From the NCBI GenBank assembly GCA_014240005.1, contig JAAZXT010000031.1:1-40075 (forward strand): a stretch of 40,075 bases of DNA. The letters are read 5' to 3'. Below are positions 9,242-21,628 of this stretch, piece by piece. Origin of the DNA: Fidelibacterota bacterium (GTDB lineage Bacteria > Fidelibacterota > Marinisomatia > Marinisomatales > Marinisomataceae). Numbering within the stretch: the stretch's first letter is position 1; every line of letters starts with the position of its first letter. The notes under the pieces are model-generated. The model saw nothing but the letters and a program-made list of their open reading frames with translations. It was not told where the DNA came from and did not search any database. A program made the translations under genes and the position numbers.

Positions 9242-9622
9242 ATGAGCACTAAAAGAGAAGATGTTTTAAAATATCTTGAAGAAGCTAACATGATTGAAGT
9301 ATCTGAGCTTGTAAAAGATATTGAAGAGAAATTTGGCGTAACAGCTGCTGTACCTGTTGCCGCAGTCGCAGGAGCGGCCGGCGGAGATGCTGCTGCAGAT
9401 GCTGCTGAAAAAAGCGATTTTAATGTAGTCTTAACGGCTGCTGGTCAATCCAAAATTGCTGTGATTAAAGTTGTTAGAGCAATAACTAGTCTAGGACTTA
9501 AGGAAGCTAAAGAATTGGTTGATTCTGCTCCTAAAGCTGTGAAAGAAGGCGTTGCTAAAGATGAGGCGGAAGATTTGAAGTCTCAACTTGAGGAAGCCGG
9601 AGCTACAGTAGAATTACAATAA
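9242..9622 (+). CDS. rplL: 50S ribosomal protein L7/L12
   Basis: EEKFGVTAA, Ala/Gly hinge, [20 protein letters not shown]. Confidence 0.99.
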   Translation: MSTKREDVLKYLEEANMIEVSELVKDIEEKFGVTAAVPVAAVAGAAGGDAAADAAEKSDFNVVLTAAGQSKIAVIKVVRAITSLGLKEAKELVDSAPKAVKEGVAKDEAEDLKSQLEEAGATVELQ

Positions 9623-9669
9623 TATAATTAAATATATTAATTAACCAATTTTTTGGAGGAATAGCTATC

Positions 9670-12600
9670 TTGAATTTAGATAATTTGAATAACAGACATA
9701 ATTTTGAAAAAATAAAAACGGCCGTAGAACTACCAAATCTTCTCGATTTGCAGGTAGGTTCTTTTCATGATTTTTTACAGGAAGATGTTAAACCAAAAGA
9801 CAGAGTAATGTTTGGTTTGCATGAAGCATTTTCTTCAATTTTTCCGTTACAAGATAATCATGAAAATTACATACTTGAATACAAAAGCTATACGATTGGA
9901 AAGCCTAGATATACTCCAAGAGAATGTTCAGATCGCGGTATTACTTACAATGTACCTCTTAGTGTAAAATTACGTTTAAAGATTACTGACGAAAAAGATA
10001 AAAAGAAGTTTGCTCAGATAATAGATCAAGATGTTTATTTTGGTAATATGCCATATATGACCGATAAAGGTACTTTCATTATTAATGGAGCAGAGAGAAC
10101 TGTAGTAACTCAATTACAAAGATCTCCTGGTGCTTTCTTTGATCAAAAGTTTCATCCAAATGGTGCAAAACTCTTCAATGCTAGAATTATCCCAATTAGA
10201 GGTTCTTGGATTGATTTCACAACGGATATTAATGATATTTTATTTACTATTATTGATAGAAAAAGAAAGTTTCCAGCAACTCTATTATTAAGATCTTTAG
10301 GATTTAGTTCCGATGAAGATATTTACAATGCATTTGACCTAGTTCTTGATATAGATCCATCTAAGATAAAAACAGATAACTTAACTGACTATATTACTGT
10401 TGAAGATACTATAGATATGGAAACAGGTGAATTAGTGGTTGAGAGTGGAAAAGAGTTAAATGAAACTATTGTTAGCACTTTAAAAAATAATAAAACAAAA
10501 ACTGTTAAGCTTGTGGATGTAAGAAATAATATTGATAGTATGATGATAAATAATACTATTAAAAAAGATCCTACAAAATCTACAGAAGAAGCATTATTAA
10601 AAGTCTACTATCTGTTAAGAGGTAGTGAGGCACCTAGCCCTGAGTCTGCTCAGAAATTTATCGATAGAATGTTCTTTTCTCCTAAAAAATATGATTTAGG
10701 ACAAGTCGGAAGATATCGTCTAGATAAGCAGTTTGATTTAGATAACAAAGGCAAAGATTCCGTTTTAACACATGACGACTTTCTTATCACTGTTAAATAT
10801 TTAATATTAATGAGAAAAGGATTGAAGTCTCCAGATGATATTGACCATCTAGGAAATAGAAGAGTAAGAACTGTTGGAGAGTTACTCAAGGTGCAATTCA
10901 ATTCTGCTTTAGCTAGAATGGTAAGAACTGTATATGAGAGAATGAATTTGAGAGAGTCAGAGACAATTACTCCTCAGGATCTAATTAACTCAAGGTTGGT
11001 GACTACTGTTATTAATACATTTTTTGGAACTAGTCAACTATCTCAGTTTGGAGACCAAACAAATCCTTTAGCAGAAATTACTCATAAAAGAAGAATTTCT
11101 TCTCTTGGACCTGGAGGTCTTTCAAGAGAAAGAGCGGGTTTTGAAGTTAGAGATGTTCACTATACTCATTATGGAAGATTATGTCCAATTGAAACTCCTG
11201 AAGGTCCAAATATTGGTTTGATATCATCGTTAGCTTTGATGGCAAGAATTAATAGGCATGGATTTATTGAAGCTCCTTATAGAGTTGTAGATAATCAAAT
11301 TGTAAAAGATGAGTTTAAATATCTTTCAGCCGATGATGAAGATAGAACAAATATTGCTCAGTCAGGATTAGGTACTGATGCTAAAAATAAAATAAATGAT
11401 CCAAAAGTTAGAGTTAGATCTAAAGGAGATTTCCCTATTGTAGATCCAGACAGTGTTCATTATACAGATATTGTACCCAATCAAATTCTAAGTGTTGCAG
11501 CTGCTTTGATTCCATTTGTTGAGCACGATGATGCGAATAGAGCATTGATGGGTTCAAATATGCAACGTCAATCTGTGCCATTGATGAAGACTGAGTCACC
11601 TATTGTGGCTACTGGTATGGAAAGAAAAGTAGCAAAAGACTCTAAATCTATACTTCTTTCACCTATTTCAGGAACAGTTATGCATGTTGATTCGAATAAG
11701 GTCGTGATTAAGGATAGTAATTATCCTGATAGTACATTATTAAAAAAAGATGCAAATCTTTGTACTGTAGATTTAATTAAGTATGCTAGGTCAAATCAAA
11801 ATACATGTTACAATCAAAAAGTAATTGTTAAAGCAGGCGACAAGATAAAAAAAGGACAAGTTATTGCTGATGGAGCTTCAACCGAGAACGGTGAATTAGC
11901 TTTAGGTAAGAATGTCTTGGTAGCATTGATGCCTTGGAATGGATATAATTTTGAGGATGCTATTGTTATCAATGAAAGACTTGTAAGAGATGATGTTTTT
12001 ACATCTATTCATGTAAATGAAATTGAACTAGAAGTTAGAGATACAAAAAGAGGAGAAGAAGAATTAACTCCAGAAATCCCTAATGTAAGCGAAGAAGCAA
12101 CTTCTCAACTAGATAAAGATGGTCTTATTCGAGTAGGGGCTATTGTTAATGAAGATGATATATTAATTGGTAAAGTAACTCCTAAAGGTGAGACGGATCC
12201 ATCTCCAGAAGAAAAGCTTTTGAGAGCAATTTTTGGAGAAAAAGCAGGAGATGTTAAAGATGCTTCAAAGAAGGCTGAGCCTGGAGTAAAAGGTGTAGTA
12301 ATTAAAACTAATCTTTACGAAAAAACATCAAAACAATCTAGAGCAGAAGTAAATCAACAAATCAAACAATTGCAGAAGAATAAAAGAGAAGAAGAAAGAG
12401 CTTTAAGAGCTACTAGAGATAATTTACTCAAGTCTGTTCTTAGCGATAAAATCACTCTTGGAATAAAAGCCAATAGAGATGAAAAAGTTCTTGTAAAGAA
12501 AGGAACTAAGTTAACATTAAAGAAATTAGATACTTTCAACTTTGAGTTATTTTCTACGAAAGACGCATGGATTTCAGGTGAAAAGACATGGGAAAAACTA

Positions 12601-13428
12601 TTAAATATTCTCAGCGCTTTCACTGACACTCTTACTAGCCTTGATACAGAGTTAGAATCAAGTATTTTTAAACTTAAAGAAGGCGATCAACTTCAACCTG
12701 GTATTTTAAAGTTAGCTAAAGTCTATGTAGCTAATAAAAGAAAAGTTTCAATTGGAGACAAGATGGCTGGAAGACACGGTAATAAGGGTGTTATTGCAAC
12801 AATTGTTCCCGAAGAGAATATGCCTTATTTAGAAGATGGTACTCCAGTAGATATTTGTTTAAATCCTATGGGTGTTCCTTCTAGAATGAATTTGGGTCAG
12901 TTGTATGAAACGATGCTAGGATGGGCGGGAAAAATACTTGATGAAAAGTATGAAACTCCAGTTTTCAATGGCGCAACACCTCAAGAAGTAGCAGTAAAAA
13001 TGAAAGAAGCTGGATTGCCAGATACCGGTAAAGTGACATTATACGATGGTCTAACAGGAGAAAGAATTGATAATCCGGTATTAGTAGGTTATATGTATAT
13101 TATGAAACTATTCCATATGGTTGATGATAAAATGCATGCTAGATCGACTGGTCCGTATTCACTAGTTACTCAGCAGCCTTTAGGCGGAAAAGCACAATTT
13201 GGTGGACAAAGATTTGGTGAGATGGAAGTTTGGGCGCTTCAAGCTTATGGTGCCGCACATACATTAAGAGAAATCTTAACTATCAAATCAGATGACATTG
13301 AGGGTAGATCAAAAACTTACAGTGCACTTGTCAAGGGAGAAGGTTTACCTGACCCAACAACCCCAGAAGCTTTCAATGTATTTATGAAAGAAATTCAAGG
13401 TCTTGGACTGGACATAACTTTAGATTAA
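9670..13428 (+). CDS. rpoB: RNA polymerase beta subunit (TTG start)
   Basis: DIDHLGNRR, GRLCPIETPEGPNIG, GDKMAGRHGNKG, GGQRFGEMEVWAL; GGAGG SD upstream of the TTG. Confidence 0.99.
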   Translation: MNLDNLNNRHNFEKIKTAVELPNLLDLQVGSFHDFLQEDVKPKDRVMFGLHEAFSSIFPLQDNHENYILEYKSYTIGKPRYTPRECSDRGITYNVPLSVKLRLKITDEKDKKKFAQIIDQDVYFGNMPYMTDKGTFIINGAERTVVTQLQRSPGAFFDQKFHPNGAKLFNARIIPIRGSWIDFTTDINDILFTIIDRKRKFPATLLLRSLGFSSDEDIYNAFDLVLDIDPSKIKTDNLTDYITVEDTIDMETGELVVESGKELNETIVSTLKNNKTKTVKLVDVRNNIDSMMINNTIKKDPTKSTEEALLKVYYLLRGSEAPSPESAQKFIDRMFFSPKKYDLGQVGRYRLDKQFDLDNKGKDSVLTHDDFLITVKYLILMRKGLKSPDDIDHLGNRRVRTVGELLKVQFNSALARMVRTVYERMNLRESETITPQDLINSRLVTTVINTFFGTSQLSQFGDQTNPLAEITHKRRISSLGPGGLSRERAGFEVRDVHYTHYGRLCPIETPEGPNIGLISSLALMARINRHGFIEAPYRVVDNQIVKDEFKYLSADDEDRTNIAQSGLGTDAKNKINDPKVRVRSKGDFPIVDPDSVHYTDIVPNQILSVAAALIPFVEHDDANRALMGSNMQRQSVPLMKTESPIVATGMERKVAKDSKSILLSPISGTVMHVDSNKVVIKDSNYPDSTLLKKDANLCTVDLIKYARSNQNTCYNQKVIVKAGDKIKKGQVIADGASTENGELALGKNVLVALMPWNGYNFEDAIVINERLVRDDVFTSIHVNEIELEVRDTKRGEEELTPEIPNVSEEATSQLDKDGLIRVGAIVNEDDILIGKVTPKGETDPSPEEKLLRAIFGEKAGDVKDASKKAEPGVKGVVIKTNLYEKTSKQSRAEVNQQIKQLQKNKREEERALRATRDNLLKSVLSDKITLGIKANRDEKVLVKKGTKLTLKKLDTFNFELFSTKDAWISGEKTWEKLLNILSAFTDTLTSLDTELESSIFKLKEGDQLQPGILKLAKVYVANKRKVSIGDKMAGRHGNKGVIATIVPEENMPYLEDGTPVDICLNPMGVPSRMNLGQLYETMLGWAGKILDEKYETPVFNGATPQEVAVKMKEAGLPDTGKVTLYDGLTGERIDNPVLVGYMYIMKLFHMVDDKMHARSTGPYSLVTQQPLGGKAQFGGQRFGEMEVWALQAYGAAHTLREILTIKSDDIEGRSKTYSALVKGEGLPDPTTPEAFNVFMKEIQGLGLDITLD

Positions 13429-13441
13429 AGGAAAAAAATAA

Positions 13442-16400
13442 ATGTATAAAGCAAAGAATAGCATTTCACTTAAACTGGCTTCACCAGAGAAGATTCTTGA
13501 AGGATCTTTTGGTGAGGTTTTAAAGCCTGAAACAATTAACTATCGTTCTTATAAGCCAGAAAAAGATGGATTGTTTTGTGAAAAAATCTTTGGACCTGTA
13601 AAAGATTTTGAATGTCATTGCGGTAAGTATAAAGGTATTAGATATAGAGGTATTATATGTGATAGATGTGGTGTAGAAGTTACTACAAAGAAAGTTCGTA
13701 GAAACAGAATGGGTCATATTACTTTAGCTGTACCAGTTGTGCATATTTGGTTCCTTAAATCAATACCGAGTAAGCTAAGCTATATTTTAGGTAAAAGTGC
13801 GAAGCAATTAGAGAGTGTAATCTACTATGAAAATTATTTAGTCATTAATCCTGGTAAGAGCGACTATACGAGGTTTGATTTAATAGATGAAGAAGAATAT
13901 CTAAAGCTAGAAACAGAATTTGGTTATGAAGCTTCTTCACAAGAAGAAAAAGAAGATGAGTCTTACTTCAATGCATCTATGGGCGGTGAAGCTATTAAAG
14001 ATGGATTAGCTGAAATGGACTTATTAGAGCTTAAAAAAGATTTAGAGTTAATTAGTACTACAACAAAGTCAAAACAGAAAAAAGAAGATGCCCTAAAGCG
14101 ATTGAAGGTAGTAAAAGACTTTGCTAGAGATAGAAATAATAAACCTGAATGGATGATTGTTTCAATTTTACCTGTTATGCCTCCAGAACTAAGACCTTTA
14201 GTTCCTTTAGAAGGTGGAAGGTTTGCAGCTAGTGATTTAAATGACCTTTACCGAAGAATTATTATTAGAAATAATCGTTTAAAACAACTAATGGATATTC
14301 AAGCACCTGAAGTAATTCTTAGAAATGAAAAAAGAATGCTCCAAGAATCTGTTGATGCGCTTTTTGATAATACAAAAAGAAAAACTGCGATAAGAAGTGG
14401 ATCTAAAAGACCATTAAAGTCTATATCAGATATGTTAAGAGGTAAGCAAGGTAGATTTAGACAGAACTTATTAGGTAAAAGAGTTGACTATTCTGGTAGA
14501 TCTGTTATTGTTGTTGGTCCTGAATTAAAAATGACCGAATGTGGTATTCCAAAGAATATGGCATTAGAGCTTTTTAAACCTCACTTAATAAGAGAATTAA
14601 TTAGAAGAGATTTAGCTGCAACTCCTAGAAGTGCAAAATTAATGATTGAAAATAAAGATTCGTTTGTATATGAAATTCTAGAAACTGTAGTAAAAGATCA
14701 CCCTGTGCTATTAAACAGAGCACCAACTTTACATAGATTGGGAATTATAGCTTTCCAGCCAATATTGATTGATGGTAAAGCGATTAGAGTTCATCCTCTT
14801 GTTTGTTCAGCATTTAATGCTGACTTTGATGGTGACCAAATGGCGGTACATGTACCTCTATCTATTCCAGCACAATTGGAAGCTAGAGTCTTAATGATGG
14901 CCAGTCAGAATGTATTACATCCTGCAAGTGGAAAACCAATTACATTGCCTTCACAAGATATGATTCTTGGTTGTTATTACTTAACAAGAGAGAAAAGTGG
15001 GCAAAAAGGTGAAGGAAAGCTTTTTGGATCTATCGATGAAGTAAAAATAGCGTACGATAATAATAAGGTTGGACTTCACGCTATTGTAAATGTTCGACAT
15101 AATGGAAAATGGTATAAGAATACAACTGCTGGTCGTGCTATGTTTAACGCTATTATTCCAGATGAATTAGGCTATTACGATGAGATGATTTCTAAGAAGA
15201 AATTAAGTTTTATTATTGGTGAGTCTTTTGTAAAAGCTGGAAATGATAAGACTGTAAAACTATTAGACAATCTTAAAGAGATTGGATTTAAAACCGCTAC
15301 TAAGAGTGGAATATCAATTTCTATCAGCGATATTATTATACCAGATGAAAAACATAATATCATAAATGGCGCTGAAAAAGAAGTAGACAAAATTCAAGGA
15401 AGATTTAATCGACATATCTTAACAGAAGGTGAAAGATATAATAAAGTTATTGACGTCTGGACAAAAGCAACAAGTGATGTAGCTGCTGAAATGATGAGAG
15501 GTTTAAAATCTGATGATGGAGGTTTTAATTCGGTCTATATGATGGCTGATTCCGGAGCTAGAGGTAGTGGAGACCAAATAAAGCAGTTAGCCGGTATGAG
15601 AGGTCTAATGGCAAAACCAAGAAAATCTATGGTTGGTGGCGGAGAAATTATTGAAAGCCCAATTCAATCTAATTTTAAAGAAGGTCTATCTGTAATGGAA
15701 TACTTCATATCTACTCACGGAGCAAGAAAAGGTCTAGCTGATACTGCATTAAAAACAGCAGATGCTGGATATTTAACTCGAAGATTGGTTGATGTGGCAC
15801 AAGATGTAGTAATATCAGAATTTAATTGTAAAACTATTAATGGAATTACAGTTGCAGATTTAAAAGAGGGAGAGGAAGTGGTGGAATCTCTATCTGAAAG
15901 AATTCTTGGTAGAACGTCATCTGAGAAAATTATTATTGACGGTAAAACTATTGTTAAAGCAGGAGAAGTTTTTGATGAGAATAAAGCTGAATTTATTGTA
16001 GAAAATAATGTCAATAGCGTTAAAATTAAATCTATACTTACCTGTGAATCTAGAAGAGGTGTATGTGCAAAATGTTACGGTTGGGATTTAACAAGAAGAG
16101 AGCTTGTAACAATTGGTAGTGCTGTAGGTATTATTGCAGCTCAAAGTATTGGAGAACCTGGTACGCAGTTAACATTAAGAACTTTCCATATTGGAGGAAC
16201 GGCAACTAGAATTGTTGAAGAATCTGATATGAAATCTAGGCATAACGGTATAGCAAAATTCAATGATGAATATCAATCTGCTAATACTATTGATGAAGAT
16301 GGCGAAAAAGTAGTTAGATGTTTAACTAGGAATTCAAAATTACGTATTGTCGATTCAAAAAATAATGTGCTTGAAGAATATAATGTTCCTTATGGTGCTA

Positions 16401-17620
16401 ATGTTAATATCAAGGACAATGCTAAGGTCAAGAGAAATGATATTCTATTTTCATGGGATCCATATACAGACTTAATATTAGCTCGACAGTCTGGTATCAT
16501 TAAAATGAAAGATTTTATTGAAGGTGATACCTATCAAGAAGAAGCAGTAGACGGCGGTAAAAAGCAAAAAGTAGTTACTGAATCAAAAGATAGAAGATTA
16601 AGCCCTCAAATTGAAATTTATAGCAAAGATGGAAATATTCTGTCAGGTGGGACTATTTTACCTGTAAAAGCAACATTAATAGTAAATGATGGACAAGATG
16701 TTACCCAAGGTCAAACTTTAGTAAAAATTCAGAAAGATGTTGGTAAGACTAGAGATATTACTGGTGGTCTACCAAGAGTAGCAGAATTATTTGAAGCAAG
16801 AAAGCCTGCAAACCCTGCTGTAGTTAGTGAAATTAACGGTACAGTAGAGTTTGGTGAAATTAAACGAGGTGTAAGAAAGGTTTCAGTGACACCTTCTACT
16901 GGAAAGTCTGTTATTTATAAGATCCCATATGGAAAACATGTAGTAGTTCATGAGAATGATTTTATAACAGCTGGAACTGCATTATGTGAAGGTGCAATTT
17001 CTCCTTCCGATATTCTAACTATTCTTGGTCCAAATGCTGTTAGAGAGTATTTGGTCAATGAAATTCAAGAAGTTTATAGATTACAAGGAGTAGGAATTAA
17101 CGACAAACATATCGAGGTGATTGTTAACCAAATGATGAAGAAAGTCATTATTAATAATCCAGGAGATACTTCATATCTTCCAGGTGAAAGATTAGATAAG
17201 ACCACTCTATTTAATGATAATGATTATATGAAGGGTATGGTTGTAGTTGATGAGTCTGGAGATTCAAATTTAGAGGTGGGTCTAATGATTTCTCAGAACG
17301 AAGTAAAAGAGCTTAATAAAGAGTTTAAGGCTCAAGATAAGAACTTAGTAAAGTTTCATAAGGCTAAATCAGCTACGTTTGAACCAATTTTAATGGGAAT
17401 TACTCAGTCTTCTCTTAATACTACAAGCTTTATTTCTGCAGCTTCCTTCCAAGAAACAACGAGAGTATTGACAGACGCAGCAACTGCATCAAAGACTGAT
17501 CATTTGCTAGGATTAAAAGAAAATGTTGCGTTAGGGCGATTAATCCCTGCTGGAACAGGTTTTCCTGGCTTACAATCCATTCAAATTGAACAACAAGAAA
17601 ATCAAGAAGAAGATCAATAG
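13442..17620 (+). CDS. rpoC: RNA polymerase beta' subunit
   Basis: Catalytic [10 protein letters not shown], Zn finger [22 protein letters not shown]. Confidence 0.99.
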   Translation: MYKAKNSISLKLASPEKILEGSFGEVLKPETINYRSYKPEKDGLFCEKIFGPVKDFECHCGKYKGIRYRGIICDRCGVEVTTKKVRRNRMGHITLAVPVVHIWFLKSIPSKLSYILGKSAKQLESVIYYENYLVINPGKSDYTRFDLIDEEEYLKLETEFGYEASSQEEKEDESYFNASMGGEAIKDGLAEMDLLELKKDLELISTTTKSKQKKEDALKRLKVVKDFARDRNNKPEWMIVSILPVMPPELRPLVPLEGGRFAASDLNDLYRRIIIRNNRLKQLMDIQAPEVILRNEKRMLQESVDALFDNTKRKTAIRSGSKRPLKSISDMLRGKQGRFRQNLLGKRVDYSGRSVIVVGPELKMTECGIPKNMALELFKPHLIRELIRRDLAATPRSAKLMIENKDSFVYEILETVVKDHPVLLNRAPTLHRLGIIAFQPILIDGKAIRVHPLVCSAFNADFDGDQMAVHVPLSIPAQLEARVLMMASQNVLHPASGKPITLPSQDMILGCYYLTREKSGQKGEGKLFGSIDEVKIAYDNNKVGLHAIVNVRHNGKWYKNTTAGRAMFNAIIPDELGYYDEMISKKKLSFIIGESFVKAGNDKTVKLLDNLKEIGFKTATKSGISISISDIIIPDEKHNIINGAEKEVDKIQGRFNRHILTEGERYNKVIDVWTKATSDVAAEMMRGLKSDDGGFNSVYMMADSGARGSGDQIKQLAGMRGLMAKPRKSMVGGGEIIESPIQSNFKEGLSVMEYFISTHGARKGLADTALKTADAGYLTRRLVDVAQDVVISEFNCKTINGITVADLKEGEEVVESLSERILGRTSSEKIIIDGKTIVKAGEVFDENKAEFIVENNVNSVKIKSILTCESRRGVCAKCYGWDLTRRELVTIGSAVGIIAAQSIGEPGTQLTLRTFHIGGTATRIVEESDMKSRHNGIAKFNDEYQSANTIDEDGEKVVRCLTRNSKLRIVDSKNNVLEEYNVPYGANVNIKDNAKVKRNDILFSWDPYTDLILARQSGIIKMKDFIEGDTYQEEAVDGGKKQKVVTESKDRRLSPQIEIYSKDGNILSGGTILPVKATLIVNDGQDVTQGQTLVKIQKDVGKTRDITGGLPRVAELFEARKPANPAVVSEINGTVEFGEIKRGVRKVSVTPSTGKSVIYKIPYGKHVVVHENDFITAGTALCEGAISPSDILTILGPNAVREYLVNEIQEVYRLQGVGINDKHIEVIVNQMMKKVIINNPGDTSYLPGERLDKTTLFNDNDYMKGMVVVDESGDSNLEVGLMISQNEVKELNKEFKAQDKNLVKFHKAKSATFEPILMGITQSSLNTTSFISAASFQETTRVLTDAATASKTDHLLGLKENVALGRLIPAGTGFPGLQSIQIEQQENQEEDQ

Positions 17621-17686
17621 ACCTTCTTCTTGAAACTTTTTAAACATATTCTATAAAATATACTTTCTACGCGTTCGAGAAAACGT

Positions 17687-17715
17687 TTGATTCTTCCATC
17701 TTATAACAATATATT
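17687..17715 (+). promoter_or_regulatory. Putative sigma70 promoter of the str/S10 superoperon
   Basis: TTGATT-17 nt-TATATT followed by a GC-rich discriminator-like CCCCGGTGC, about 40 nt before rpsL. Confidence 0.65.
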
Positions 17716-17753
17716 CCCCGGTGCTTTTGAATTTATTAAAGGAAAAATAATTT

Positions 17754-18128
17754 ATGCCAACAGTAAATCAGTTGATTAGAAAGAGCAGAAAAAAGATTAT
17801 TAAAAAGTCTGCTAGTAGAGCTCTTGAGAACAGTCCTCAAAAAAGAGGGGTATGTACTCGAGTATATACGACTACGCCTAAAAAGCCTAATTCTGCTTTA
17901 AGAAAAGTAGCTAGAGTTAGATTGACAAATGGTATCGAGGCAAATGCATATATTCCTGGAGAAGGTCATAATTTACAAGAGCACTCAATTGTTTTAATAG
18001 AAGGCGGAAGAGTTAAAGACCTTCCTGGTGTTCGTTATCATATTGTACGTGGTTCATTAGATACTGCAGGTGTTAACGATAGAAAGACAAGTAGATCACG
18101 TTACGGAGCAAAAAAACCTAAAAGCTAA
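17754..18128 (+). CDS. rpsL: 30S ribosomal protein S12
   Basis: [26 protein letters not shown]. Confidence 0.99.
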   Translation: MPTVNQLIRKSRKKIIKKSASRALENSPQKRGVCTRVYTTTPKKPNSALRKVARVRLTNGIEANAYIPGEGHNLQEHSIVLIEGGRVKDLPGVRYHIVRGSLDTAGVNDRKTSRSRYGAKKPKS

Positions 18129-18130
18129 AC

Positions 18131-18604
18131 ATGAGAAGAAGAAGACCAGAGAAAAGATCTATTAATCCAGATCCAAAATTTAATGATTTACAAGTTGCAA
18201 AATTCATGAACTACTTACTTGTAGGTGGAAAAAAGGGTATTGCTGAAAAAATTCTTTATGATGCATTTGATATCGTAAAAGAGAAAAGCAGTAAAGATCC
18301 AGTTGACATATTCAAAAAAGCATTAAATAATGCTGCACCTCACGTTGAAGTGAAATCAAAGAGAATCGGTGGAGCTACCTATCAAGTACCTATTGAGGTT
18401 CCTAATAGAAGACAATTTTATTTAGCAGCTCATTGGATTATTGATAGCGCAAAAAAGAAATCAGGCAGTCCTATGTCAAGGCGTTTAGCTGGAGAGTTAC
18501 TTTCTGCTTCAAATAATGAAGGAAGTGCTATTAAAAAGAAAGAAGATACACATCGTATGGCTGAAGCAAATAAAGCATTTGCTCACTTCGGAAGAGGAAG
18601 ATAA
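18131..18604 (+). CDS. rpsG: 30S ribosomal protein S7
   Basis: [22 protein letters not shown]. Confidence 0.99.
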   Translation: MRRRRPEKRSINPDPKFNDLQVAKFMNYLLVGGKKGIAEKILYDAFDIVKEKSSKDPVDIFKKALNNAAPHVEVKSKRIGGATYQVPIEVPNRRQFYLAAHWIIDSAKKKSGSPMSRRLAGELLSASNNEGSAIKKKEDTHRMAEANKAFAHFGRGR

Positions 18605-18606
18605 TC

Positions 18607-20697
18607 ATGTCTGCTGATTTAAATATTGTAAGAAATATTGGTATTATGGCTCATGTAGATGCTGGTAAGACAACCTTAACTGAGAGAATGTTATACTATG
18701 CTGGAAAAACTCACAAGATTGGTGAAGTGCATGACGGTGCTGCTACTATGGACTGGATGGCGCAGGAACAAGAAAGAGGTATTACAATTACTTCAGCTGC
18801 AACCACTTTCTATTGGGATAAGAATCGTATTAATCTAATTGACACTCCTGGTCACGTTGATTTTACTATGGAAGTAGAAAGATCATTAAGAGTTCTTGAT
18901 GGTGCTGTTGCAGTGTTTTGTGCAGTTGCTGGCGTAGAACCTCAAAGTGAAACAGTTTGGAGACAAGCAACAAAATATAATGTACCTAGAATTGCATTTA
19001 TTAATAAAATGGATAGAACAGGTGCAGATTTCTATAATGCAATAGATACTATGAAGAAACGCCTAGGCGCTAAACCATTGCCTGTCGCTTTACCTATTGG
19101 TACCGGTGAAACTTTTAGAGGTATTATAGACTTAACTAGTATGAAAGCTATTGAGTATAATGAAAGTAGTCAAGGTGCCGAATTTGAATATATCGACATA
19201 CCAGAAGAATTATTAGCAGATGCAGATAAGTGGAGAAACTTCTTAATTGAAGAAGTTGCTAGTTTTGATGATGTATTAATGGAAAAATATTTAAATGAAG
19301 AAGAAATGTCTTCTGAGGAAATTAAAGAAGCTCTAAAAAAAGGATGTTTAGAAAATGCTTTTGTTCCAACTTTATGTGGTTCAGCTTTTAAGAATAAAGG
19401 AGTTCAAAGAGTTTTAGATGCTGTTATTGACTTTTTACCATCTCCTGTAGACGTAGAAAGTATTGAAGGATCTTCTGTTGACGATCCAGAAACTAAAATT
19501 ATGATTAAAAACTCTACAGAAGGCGCATTCACTGCACTTGCATTTAAAATTGCTACAGATCCTTTTGTAGGTAAGCTTACATATATCAGAGTTTATTCTG
19601 GTACGTTAAAGAAAGGATCTTTTTGTATTAATTCAAATACTGGAGACAAGCAAAGAATTTCAAGAATTCTACAAATGCATGCAAATAAAAGAGAAGAATT
19701 AGAAGAAGTAAAAGCGGGTGAAATTGTAGCAGTAATTGGTTTAAAAGGTGTTCGCACTGGACATACATTATCAGAGAAAGGTGATGTGGCACTTGAGTCA
19801 ATGGAATTTCCAGATCCAGTAGTTGCAGTCTCAATTGAGCCTGTATCAAAAAGCGATCAAGATCAATTGGCAAAAGGAATGAACAAGTTAAGTGAAGAAG
19901 ATCCTACTTTTAAAGTCAAAGTTGATAGCGAGACTGGTCAAACAGTAATATCAGGTATGGGAGAAGTTCATTTAGAAATCATTATTGATAGACTTAAGAG
20001 AGAATTTAATGTAAATGCTAATGTTGGGAAGCCTCAAGTTTCATTTAGAGAAGCAATTCAAAAACCTGTAGATAAAGTTGATGAAAAATTTATTCGTCAA
20101 TCTGGTGGTCGTGGTCAGTATGGTCATGTTGTGATTAATGTTAAACCAACAGAGCAAGGCGCTGGATATAAATTTATAAATAAGATTGTTGGTGGGGTTA
20201 TTCCAAGAGAATACATTCCTGCGGTAGATGCCGGCATTCAAGAGCAGTTGAAAAATGGCGTATTACATGGATATCCTATTCCTGATGTTGAAGTAGAGCT
20301 TGTTTATGGATCTTATCATGACGTAGACTCTTCTGAAATTGCTTTTAAGGTAGCTGGTTCACGAGCAATTAAAACTGCTTGCAAGCAAGCAAATCCAATA
20401 CTAATGGAGCCGATTATGGCCGTAGAAGCAACTACTCCAGACGACTATCTTGGAGATGTAATTGGTGATATTAATTCTAGAAGAGGTAAAGTTGAAAGCA
20501 TGGAACAGCAAGGAGCGAATCAAAGTATTAAAGCTGCTGTGCCATTAAGCGAAATGTTTGGTTATGCAACAGATTTAAGATCTCTATCTCAAGGTAGAGC
20601 AAACTTTCATATGGATTTTCAGCAATACGCTAAAGTTCCAGCATCAGTAGAAGAAAAATTAATGAAATCGCAATTACAGAATGGAGAAGCATTATAA
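18607..20697 (+). CDS. fusA: Elongation factor G
   Basis: [39 protein letters not shown]. Confidence 0.99.
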   Translation: MSADLNIVRNIGIMAHVDAGKTTLTERMLYYAGKTHKIGEVHDGAATMDWMAQEQERGITITSAATTFYWDKNRINLIDTPGHVDFTMEVERSLRVLDGAVAVFCAVAGVEPQSETVWRQATKYNVPRIAFINKMDRTGADFYNAIDTMKKRLGAKPLPVALPIGTGETFRGIIDLTSMKAIEYNESSQGAEFEYIDIPEELLADADKWRNFLIEEVASFDDVLMEKYLNEEEMSSEEIKEALKKGCLENAFVPTLCGSAFKNKGVQRVLDAVIDFLPSPVDVESIEGSSVDDPETKIMIKNSTEGAFTALAFKIATDPFVGKLTYIRVYSGTLKKGSFCINSNTGDKQRISRILQMHANKREELEEVKAGEIVAVIGLKGVRTGHTLSEKGDVALESMEFPDPVVAVSIEPVSKSDQDQLAKGMNKLSEEDPTFKVKVDSETGQTVISGMGEVHLEIIIDRLKREFNVNANVGKPQVSFREAIQKPVDKVDEKFIRQSGGRGQYGHVVINVKPTEQGAGYKFINKIVGGVIPREYIPAVDAGIQEQLKNGVLHGYPIPDVEVELVYGSYHDVDSSEIAFKVAGSRAIKTACKQANPILMEPIMAVEATTPDDYLGDVIGDINSRRGKVESMEQQGANQSIKAAVPLSEMFGYATDLRSLSQGRANFHMDFQQYAKVPASVEEKLMKSQLQNGEAL

Positions 20698-21005
20698 TGG
20701 CTAAAGATTTAATTAGGATATCTTTGAAGGCTTACGATCATAAGCTTTTAGATAAGTCTGCTGAAAAAATTATTAGAACAGCTAAGTCTACAGGTGCGAT
20801 TATTTCTGGACCAATTCCGATGCCAACTAAAAGAACAGTATATACAGTATTGAGATCACCGTTTATTGATAAAAAATCACGCGAACAGTTCCAAACAAAA
20901 GTACATAAAAGAGTTGTAGATATTGTGAATTCAACTCCTAAAACTGTTGAATCTTTAATGAAGCTAGATTTACCGTCTGGTGTAGATATTGAGATTAGAG
21001 GATAA
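20697..21005 (+). CDS. rpsJ: 30S ribosomal protein S10
   Basis: [23 protein letters not shown]. Confidence 0.99.
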   Translation: MAKDLIRISLKAYDHKLLDKSAEKIIRTAKSTGAIISGPIPMPTKRTVYTVLRSPFIDKKSREQFQTKVHKRVVDIVNSTPKTVESLMKLDLPSGVDIEIRG

Positions 21006-21007
21006 AG

Positions 21008-21628
21008 ATGTACGGATTAATAGGTAAAAAAATTAAAATGTCACAAATCTTCAATGCAGAAGGTCATGTGGTTCCAGTTACTTTAGTTCAAGCTGGTCCA
21101 TGTGTTGTATCTCAGATTAAAACAACTGATACAGATGGATACAACTCTGTGCAATTGGCTTTTGGTGAAAAATCAAAAAGAAATACAAATAAGCCTGCAG
21201 CAGGACATCTTAAAAAAGCAGACATTGAAAGCGCTAAAGTTTTAGCTGAATTTAAGTCACTTGATACTTTTGAGTATAAATTAGGTCAAAAATTTGATTC
21301 TTCAATTTTCCATGTCGGAGAAATTGTTGATGTAAGGTCAAAATCTAAAGGTAAGGGTTTTGCCGGAGTTATTAAAAGACATAATTTTTCTAGACAAGAT
21401 GCTACGCACGGTAATAAACATACCGAAAGAGCTCCCGGATCTATTGGACAGGCCTCTTGGCCATCAAGAGTATTTAAAGGTATGAAAATGGCAGGTAGAA
21501 AAGGTTCTGGTAATGTTACCGCACAAAACCTTGAGATTGTGGATATCGACAAAGAAAATAATTTATTATACGTTAAAGGAGCTATTCCTGGTGCAAATAA
21601 TGCACCAGTGTTTATTGTGAAAAAATGA
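21008..21628 (+). CDS. rplC: 50S ribosomal protein L3
   Basis: DGYNSVQL, KGKGFAGVIKRH, PGSIG, KGMKMAG. Confidence 0.99.
   Translation: MYGLIGKKIKMSQIFNAEGHVVPVTLVQAGPCVVSQIKTTDTDGYNSVQLAFGEKSKRNTNKPAAGHLKKADIESAKVLAEFKSLDTFEYKLGQKFDSSIFHVGEIVDVRSKSKGKGFAGVIKRHNFSRQDATHGNKHTERAPGSIGQASWPSRVFKGMKMAGRKGSGNVTAQNLEIVDIDKENNLLYVKGAIPGANNAPVFIVKK

Noticed and set aside
12320-12680. Charged helical insert in RpoB (and the large insert in RpoC) as a possible intein
   Set aside because: No intein splice motifs (C/S start, HN end) or homing-endonuclease motifs; positions match known lineage-specific RNAP insertions.
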